The notes beneath the pieces are model-generated. The model saw only the letters and a list, made by a program, of their open reading frames with translations, was not told the DNA's origin and did no database searches. The translations under genes were made by a program, and so were the position numbers. This document shows, one piece after another, positions 27,936-33,798 of a stretch of 40,561 nucleotides of DNA. Numbering within the stretch: the first letter of the stretch is position 1; every line of letters begins with the position of its first letter. The stretch comes from a virus: UHGV virus genome UHGV-0150809; one strand, written 5' to 3'.

Positions 27936-30410
27936 ATGAGACAGGAATGTATACAAGCGGTCCAGCAGGCGGCGCAGCGCACGTTAACGGCGCGAGAAAT
28001 ACAGAACATTGAAGACCGCATTTATCGAAATATGCGCTCCATTGCTCGTGATGATCCGATGTCGTGGCGACAACTTTCCGAATCAGAACGGTTGTATCGT
28101 GCAGCACAATTGGCATCTGAAGAATTACAGCGAGAAGCGGCATTAAAGAAACGTCGTGTGGCTCTCACTATAGCCGCACGTCAGAGATTGGATAAATTTA
28201 TCAATAGCTATCAAGGGGCTGATGGGAAACTTGGCGCTCTTAACCGTACTATTGCTTTTAATGCAGACGGTAAATCGAATTTCCTCTCTGTTGAATCCAG
28301 AACAAAAGCCACTCGTGATTATGCATTGAGTCAATTGCAGGAGGCATTTGAAGCAGTTGATCCTCGCTTTTTTGGCCTGTTTGAAGATGAAGCTGGCGTG
28401 CGTGACCTGGTATATGAAATGCGAGGGCAAAATACTGGCAATGCTAAAGCAAGAAAAGGTGCTAAGGCGTGGAGAGAAGTGACAGAGCTACTGCGCCGCC
28501 GGTTTAATGATGCTGGTGGGGACATTGGCTATCTCGAAAACTGGGGGATCCCTCAACATCATTCTATGGAAAAGGTTGGGGCGGTATCAAAGGATAAGTG
28601 GGTTAGCGATGTTATAGGTAAGCTGGATCGCAAATATTATACCCGAGTCGATGGACAACTGATGAACGATGCCGAGTTGTCTGCATTTCTTGGAGAGGCT
28701 TATAACACGATCGCTACTGGTGGGCTGAATAAGCTTACTGATACCGGAATGCGAATTTCCGGCGCACGTGCTAACCGGGGTAATGCATCACGACAGATAC
28801 ATTTCAAAGATGCAGATTCCTATCTGCAATATCAGCAACTTTATGGCGATCGCTCTCTATGGGAAATCATGGTCGGTCACCTGGAAGGTATCAGTAAAGA
28901 TATTGCACTGGTGGAAACATATGGCCCAAACCCCGATCATGTTTTCCGCTCTCTTCTTGATCAGGTGAAGGCAGAAACGGCAACAGCTAACCCGAGTAAA
29001 ACCGGTAAAGTCGAGCGGCTGGCGAACAACACAGAGAATCTGTACAACTTTATTTCCGGAAAGACACAGCCTGTAGCGAATCCGCACATCGCGCGCTGGT
29101 CTGACAATATCCGCAACTGGCTGGTTGCCAGCCGACTAGGATCCGCGTTGCTGTCATCGTTCTCTGATCTTGGAACCATGTATCTGTCTGCGAAGGTGAC
29201 CAACCTTCCAATGAACCAGTTATTCCGCAACCAGCTTGAAGCTATGGACCCAACGAACCGTACTGAGCTTGCGCGGGCGCGCCGCGCTGGTCTGGCGATG
29301 GAATCTCTACTTGGCAGTGTTAACCGCTGGGCAATGGATAATATGGGGCCGTCTGTGTCTCGTTGGGCGGCAACGGCGGTAATGCGTGCCAGTGGGCTTA
29401 CAGCATGGTCAGATGCGCACAAGCGCGCCTATGGCGTAACAATGATGGGAAGCCTGGGAGAGGTAGTGTCACGGACACCAGACCTTCGTAGCCTCGATGA
29501 CTCTGATTTTCGTATCCTGAAAAGCAAAGGGATTACTGAAACAGACTGGAGCGTATGGAAGCTGGCGCAACAGGAGGACTGGGGGAACGGCAATAATACG
29601 ATGCTGACACCGGAAAGCATTATGCGTATCCCTGATTCAGCAGTTAAACATCTTGGTGAGCCTGAACGCGTGAAATTTGAGGCAATGCGTAAACTTCTCG
29701 GTGCCGTAACTGAAGAAGTTGATATGGCTGTTATTACACCGGGAGCACGTGAGCAACTGATAACCGGTTCTGGTATTCAGCGTGGAACATGGAAAGGTGA
29801 ATTAACGAGAAGTGTTTTCCTGTTTAAATCGTTCCCTATCTCGGTAGTTATGCGTCACTGGTCACGCGCTATGGGTATGCCGTCTGCTGGTGGGCGTGCG
29901 GCATATATTGCGACGTTTATTGCCAGTACGACCATTCTTGGCGCTTTGTCGCAGCAACTTAACGACCTTGCGTCTGGTCGTAATCCTCGCGAGATGACAG
30001 GAGAAGATGCTGCTAAATTTTGGCTTGGTGCTCTACTGAAAGGTGGTGGTCTTGGCCTTTACGGTGACTTTTTATTGTCAGATCACACTAGGTACGGAAG
30101 CGGCGCGCTGGCGTCGATGCTTGGCCCGGTAGCTGGTCTGGTTGATGACGTAGTGAAGATTGCTCAGGGCATACCGTTAAATGCTGTGGAAGGGAAGAGT
30201 GAGCAGACTGGTGGTGATCTGGTGAAGCTGGGGAAAGGTTTGATGCCAGGTGCGAATCTCTGGTACTTAAAGGCGGCTCTCGATCACATGATCTTTAACC
30301 AGATGCAGGAGTATTTTTCACCAGGCTATTTGCGTAAAATGGAGCAACGTTCGAAGAAAGAGTTTAACCAGACATACTGGTGGCGACCACAGGATGTCAC
30401 TCCGCAATAA
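27936..30410 (+). CDS. Internal core/ejection protein (gp16-like)
   Basis: 824 aa, last large gene of the structural block; assigned by order and size. Confidence 0.5.
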   Translation: MRQECIQAVQQAAQRTLTAREIQNIEDRIYRNMRSIARDDPMSWRQLSESERLYRAAQLASEELQREAALKKRRVALTIAARQRLDKFINSYQGADGKLGALNRTIAFNADGKSNFLSVESRTKATRDYALSQLQEAFEAVDPRFFGLFEDEAGVRDLVYEMRGQNTGNAKARKGAKAWREVTELLRRRFNDAGGDIGYLENWGIPQHHSMEKVGAVSKDKWVSDVIGKLDRKYYTRVDGQLMNDAELSAFLGEAYNTIATGGLNKLTDTGMRISGARANRGNASRQIHFKDADSYLQYQQLYGDRSLWEIMVGHLEGISKDIALVETYGPNPDHVFRSLLDQVKAETATANPSKTGKVERLANNTENLYNFISGKTQPVANPHIARWSDNIRNWLVASRLGSALLSSFSDLGTMYLSAKVTNLPMNQLFRNQLEAMDPTNRTELARARRAGLAMESLLGSVNRWAMDNMGPSVSRWAATAVMRASGLTAWSDAHKRAYGVTMMGSLGEVVSRTPDLRSLDDSDFRILKSKGITETDWSVWKLAQQEDWGNGNNTMLTPESIMRIPDSAVKHLGEPERVKFEAMRKLLGAVTEEVDMAVITPGAREQLITGSGIQRGTWKGELTRSVFLFKSFPISVVMRHWSRAMGMPSAGGRAAYIATFIASTTILGALSQQLNDLASGRNPREMTGEDAAKFWLGALLKGGGLGLYGDFLLSDHTRYGSGALASMLGPVAGLVDDVVKIAQGIPLNAVEGKSEQTGGDLVKLGKGLMPGANLWYLKAALDHMIFNQMQEYFSPGYLRKMEQRSKKEFNQTYWWRPQDVTPQ

Positions 30411-30419
30411 GGATGAGAA

Positions 30420-30560
30420 ATGATTGCTTTTATTCTTGTTGTGTTTGCGCTTGTTGCACTTGGCGTTATGAACCGTAAATGTATCATTGACGATGGCGAA
30501 TTTGCTGTTGCAGTTATTTTGATATTATCTGGTGTAGCAGGGTACATAGGCTTGTCATAA
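30420..30560 (+). CDS. Small hydrophobic protein (46 aa; not in ORF track)
   Basis: Hand-translated MIAFILVVFALVALGVMNRKCIIDDGEFAVAVILILSGVAGYIGLS; AAGGATGAG RBS; two predicted transmembrane helices. Confidence 0.3.
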   Translation: MIAFILVVFALVALGVMNRKCIIDDGEFAVAVILILSGVAGYIGLS

Positions 30561-30567
30561 CGTGAGC

Positions 30568-30604
30568 GTGACATGTCACAGGCCGCTTTCGCGGCCTTGT
30601 TTTT
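30568..30604 (+). terminator. GTGACATGTCAC palindrome copy 3 (30568-30579) followed by a rho-independent terminator (GGCCGC-tttc-GCGGCC plus T-run) ending the structural operon
   Basis: Read directly from sequence. Confidence 0.6.
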
Positions 30605-30665
30605 AACGAATGCCACCGCCGCCCGGGCGGGAATCCGCAGACACAAAAAAGCCCGCAACGCGGGC

Positions 30666-31211
30666 TTATTCCTTCCATTTATCAGAAAAAAGATCTTCTT
30701 CTAAAGGCATTGGTTCTGTTTTTGTTTTCTCAAAGAATTGATAACTGATAGTGATTGCTGCCTCTTTAAACTCTTCTTGCTCAGTTATGTTGTGGGCATC
30801 TGCGTCAACAAAAAACATAACCAGCGCATCACGATTGTGATTTACCGAATAAACTAAAAAGCAATCACTTGTTGGTATGCATTTTACTTGCACAGACGCT
30901 ATATTTTTCCATGCATCCCAAGATGATTTTTTACCAGTGTGTTTTTTATCACTATCTTCTGGAATATAGTCTTGGTTATCGACATGAGTATGCCTGACAT
31001 TTAGTTTAAGCATTTCTGTCGGACGAGCAAATGCAGCATCTTTACCAAGAGATGGATGGTATCCCGTTTTCCAATACTGGGTAAAGGCATCAGATACTTT
31101 CTTCAGCTCAAGATCAGATGCACAAAGGGCCGAGAAATTTTGCGTATGCAATACTCGACCCTTATATCTGACAATTTGATTTTTATCATTCTGCGACGCA
31201 GACGAACTCAT
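30666..31211 (-). CDS. Hypothetical moron protein (181 aa), possible YafO-family toxin-like C-terminal region
   Basis: ORF track 30666..31238; preferred start MSSSASQ at 31211 after AAGGAAA; AT-rich; the pattern LKLNVRHTHV...TSDCFLVY...ADAHN parallels a recalled YafO pattern (RVAHIHL...LVY...PHK); tentative. Confidence 0.45.
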   Translation of the reverse strand: MSSSASQNDKNQIVRYKGRVLHTQNFSALCASDLELKKVSDAFTQYWKTGYHPSLGKDAAFARPTEMLKLNVRHTHVDNQDYIPEDSDKKHTGKKSSWDAWKNIASVQVKCIPTSDCFLVYSVNHNRDALVMFFVDADAHNITEQEEFKEAAITISYQFFEKTKTEPMPLEEDLFSDKWKE

Positions 31212-31365
31212 AATTTTCCTTATTGTTACGAGAATCAAAGAAAGCGCGGGATACGCGACTTGCGTGATCTTTTGTCATAGTAACTTTTACGCACTCTACG
31301 CTTCCATTGAAAGAACGTCTTGCGGCAGCTTGCGCTCTACGCATCTGCAATTTTTCGTTTCGCAT
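31186..31365 (-). CDS. Small basic 59-aa ORF upstream of and overlapping the 181-aa moron gene (not in ORF track)
   Basis: Hand-translated MRNEKLQMRRAQAAARRSFNGSVECVKVTMTKDHASRVSRAFFDSRNNKENYEFVCVAE; GAGGTAA RBS 6 nt upstream of the ATG; overlaps the downstream start by 26 nt. Confidence 0.3.
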   Translation of the reverse strand: MRNEKLQMRRAQAAARRSFNGSVECVKVTMTKDHASRVSRAFFDSRNNKENYEFVCVAE

Positions 31366-31425
31366 GACATTACCTCATATCTCATAAGTTCATTACACGG
31401 ATTAATAAAAATGAAACCAATCCGT

Positions 31426-31467
31426 TTACCCTTGAGGTAATAGTACGCTATTCACCAACAGTCTGCA
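31426..31467 (-). promoter_or_regulatory. Candidate sigma70 promoter (-35 TTGCAG, 17-bp spacer, -10 TACTAT on the minus strand) with operator TTACCCTTGAGGTAA (31426-31440) just downstream of the -10
   Basis: Hexamers and spacing read on the reverse complement; operator is a perfect copy of the recurring palindrome. Confidence 0.4.
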
Positions 31468-31513
31468 ATCTGTACAGAATTATTTAAAGGCACATCCATG
31501 TGCCGCCGTTCTG

Positions 31514-32200
31514 TCAGAAGAATCCTGCTTTGTCGTTGATGTACTCCGCGTGCGTCTGGATATCACGCAGGCATTTGCTCACACCGACGATGTAGCAGAA
31601 CATGGTGGTCAGCTCTGCCGCCGCGCCCGATACGTCGTGCCCGTCTTCCTGTAACTGGTTCAGCAGATTCATCAGCAGTGAGTTCTCCGTCAGGCCGAGA
31701 ACACCAGACGGCGAGTGAATCAGGCTGCGGTAGCCGGGCTTCAGCGGGGCACTGTAGGTTTTGTTCTCTATCTTCATCGCCTGCATTACTGCTGACGCCG
31801 TGGCGTTGGCTACCTGGTCGGCAACCATCTTTATGCGTTCTTCCTGCGGGAGCGAGTTTTTAATGTAACTTCCGGTGCGGCGGATCTGAGGAAGAACCTC
31901 ACCTGTAACCCATTTACGAAAGCGGTAGGGGATAGTGCCTGGTGTCACCGCATCGCGGCAGCGGAGGATCAGTGTGTAGAGGCCTGACTCGTTGATAATA
32001 TTGGTTTCGCCTTGACGGCCTAAGTTAAATTTAGCCCTTTCATCATCATCAAGAGATTTTATTGACATAGTGGGGTTTGTCAGTTGAAGAGCTTTAATAA
32101 CGTCTTTGGCAACAAACCAAGGATTTCCATCAATAACAATGGCTCGAATGGTTGCCTCTGATTCAAAATGAAAAACAGATGGGGTTACGTTAGCAGTCAT
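31514..32200 (-). CDS. Antirepressor, Bro-N domain family
   Basis: Preferred start MTANVTPSVFHFESE at 32200 after AAAGGTGA; N-terminal ATIRAIVIDGNPWFVAKDVIKAL matches the Bro-N/KilA-N antirepressor signature; ORF track extension to 32353 lacks an RBS and is likely leader. Confidence 0.7.
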   Translation of the reverse strand: MTANVTPSVFHFESEATIRAIVIDGNPWFVAKDVIKALQLTNPTMSIKSLDDDERAKFNLGRQGETNIINESGLYTLILRCRDAVTPGTIPYRFRKWVTGEVLPQIRRTGSYIKNSLPQEERIKMVADQVANATASAVMQAMKIENKTYSAPLKPGYRSLIHSPSGVLGLTENSLLMNLLNQLQEDGHDVSGAAAELTTMFCYIVGVSKCLRDIQTHAEYINDKAGFF

Positions 32201-32466
32201 AGTGATCACCTTTGTAGTTAGGTTAATCACCACTACCGACGCCAATCGGTTGGTGGTGAACTGTGCAGGGTTGGCGTAACCGGCTACAAAGGACCCGGCG
32301 CACCTTTCGGTGCCCCCACACAGCCCACCATAGAATAGGTGCGCTTTACACATAAAAAAACCGCTTATGCGGCATATGTGCCTCTGTAGTAACCCGGGAC
32401 GCCAATCCCGGCACTGGCAAAATCCAGTGCCCGATTACTATGGCACAAGAGGAGTGCGATGTAAAT

Positions 32467-32574
32467 TTACCGCAAAGGTAATGATAAACGCGAAGAAATA
32501 TTAAAATCAACCGTATTTGGTTGATTGCGTTTAACGCTTGATCACCTGAAAGCAAGATATTACCTTTAAGGTAA
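32467..32574. promoter_or_regulatory. Two operator-like palindromes (32467-32481 TTACCGCAAAGGTAA; 32560-32574 TTACCTTTAAGGTAA) in the divergent region between the antirepressor and the zinc-ribbon gene
   Basis: Perfect motif copies; a weaker copy TCACCTGAAAGCAAG lies between them. Confidence 0.45.
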
Positions 32575-32594
32575 TGTTATTGTGAGGAAAAGCA

Positions 32595-33323
32595 ATGGAA
32601 GTTTTCTGGATAGTTGTTGGTGTGGTTGCGGTGATTATTTACGTTATCAACCAGAACAAGACTAAGATCTCTGATCGTACGGTCGTTAATCATAACAAAA
32701 CGATAAAGACCGAAGATGGGGAGATAACGATTAATCGTACACAGGTGATAGAACACACCTCTACTCAGTTTCAAAAAACTGGAGGTAATGCGCCTAATAT
32801 TTCCGCACCTCCTGCTTATGATAGTGCGGTAATCCAGACATATTATAAACAGCAGGAGTTAGCAAAAGAGAGGCAACTGATTCAGCCAAAGCCGTTTACA
32901 GCTGAGCTTCCACCTGGAGTGTCAACGCGTCCGGCATATCATGGAAGATTCCCTGGTGATGACATATCGTCTCAGTCATCTAAAAAAGCACCTCAGGCAG
33001 TATCAGAGCCAGCAAGAATACCTTCTGCATCGCCGCCAAAAGAAGAATCAGCTAACAGAGTTTCAAGTGGTAGCAAGCAGTGCTTGCGATGCAGAATAAA
33101 CCTTCCATATGAAAAATTCAGGAAATCGTCAAAAAATCCAGATGGATTGACTAAGTGGTGTGCAAGGTGTCTCGATGGCCCAAAGAATACACGCCATATG
33201 AAGTGGTGCCCAATTTGTAATGTCCGCAGAAAACGAACCAGCTTTTACCCTAATAATCAAAATGCGGACGGCTTAATGGCATGGTGCAAAACGTGCTGGG
33301 ATGAGCACAAAGCGAAACGATAG
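32595..33323 (+). CDS. Membrane-anchored protein with tandem C-terminal zinc ribbons
   Basis: 242 aa; N-terminal TM helix (VFWIVVGVVAVIIYVI), Pro/Ser-rich linker, then two repeats of C-x2-C ... DGL-x2-WC-x2-C (CLRCRINLPYEKFRKSSKNPDGLTKWCARC; CPICNVRRKRTSFYPNNQNADGLMAWCKTC). Confidence 0.5.
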   Translation: MEVFWIVVGVVAVIIYVINQNKTKISDRTVVNHNKTIKTEDGEITINRTQVIEHTSTQFQKTGGNAPNISAPPAYDSAVIQTYYKQQELAKERQLIQPKPFTAELPPGVSTRPAYHGRFPGDDISSQSSKKAPQAVSEPARIPSASPPKEESANRVSSGSKQCLRCRINLPYEKFRKSSKNPDGLTKWCARCLDGPKNTRHMKWCPICNVRRKRTSFYPNNQNADGLMAWCKTCWDEHKAKR

Positions 33324-33345
33324 GCCGCTCTTGCGGCCTTTAAAT

Positions 33346-33603
33346 TTACCGGGTTTGTTTTCGTAATTGTTCGGCACAATAGTCGAGATGTGTTTGCAGA
33401 TCCTGCATAGACATCTGTGAGCTGGTGACGTAGTTAATCAGTGCAGTCAGTTCGGCAAGTGGGCCATCGACATTAAATCCATCCTTATCGAGATCCCGGA
33501 GTAATTTCATCAAGTGCGATCCCTCCACCAGTGACCTGACGCCTCCCGGCGTGTGAATCCTTTCGGTAAATCCGTCTTCCAGTGGATAGTGATACTGCTG
33601 CAT
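33346..33603 (-). CDS. Short antirepressor-like protein, paralog of the C-terminal domain of the Bro-N antirepressor; candidate SOS-induced antirepressor
   Basis: Preferred start MQQYHY at 33603 after GGAGAAG; RIHTPGGVRSLVEGSHLMKLLRDLDKDGFNVDGPLAELTALINYV aligns by eye with SLIHSPSGVLGLTENSLLMNLLNQLQEDGHDVSGAAAELTTMFCYI of the 31514-32200 product; LexA box 22 bp upstream. Confidence 0.55.
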   Translation of the reverse strand: MQQYHYPLEDGFTERIHTPGGVRSLVEGSHLMKLLRDLDKDGFNVDGPLAELTALINYVTSSQMSMQDLQTHLDYCAEQLRKQTR

Positions 33604-33624
33604 CTTATCTTCTCCATGCAATAA

Positions 33625-33640
33625 CTGTATAAATATACAG
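33625..33640. promoter_or_regulatory. LexA (SOS) box CTGTATAAATATACAG
   Basis: Perfect CTGT-N8-ACAG with AT-rich spacer, overlapping a TATATT -10-like hexamer for the leftward gene starting at 33603. Confidence 0.6.
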
Positions 33641-33679
33641 TATCAAATAATTTGTTTGCTATCCAGCACGTTTTGCAAA

Positions 33680-33694
33680 TCACCTGAAAGGTAA
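33680..33694. promoter_or_regulatory. Operator-like palindrome TCACCTGAAAGGTAA
   Basis: One-mismatch copy of the motif about 40 bp from the LexA box, between the small antirepressor and the tail-fibre gene. Confidence 0.4.
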
Positions 33695-33798
33695 TATCTT
33701 TTCGTATTTATGGGTTATCTATCCATATATGGTTTTTCAGGTAATAGAATAACCAGATATGCGGCGCAACGGGTGCTGCGACTATCTGGAGATTTAAC

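Noticed and set aside
31471-31478. CTGTACAG near the moron promoter as a possible LexA box
   Set aside because: It lacks the CTGT-N8-ACAG spacing; only the 33625-33640 site satisfies the LexA consensus.
32201-32353. N-terminal extension of the antirepressor ORF (track start 32353, MCKAHLFYGG...)
   Set aside because: The Bro-N domain begins at the internal Met (32200), which has a good RBS; the extension has none and overlaps the terminator-like hairpin, so it is treated as leader.
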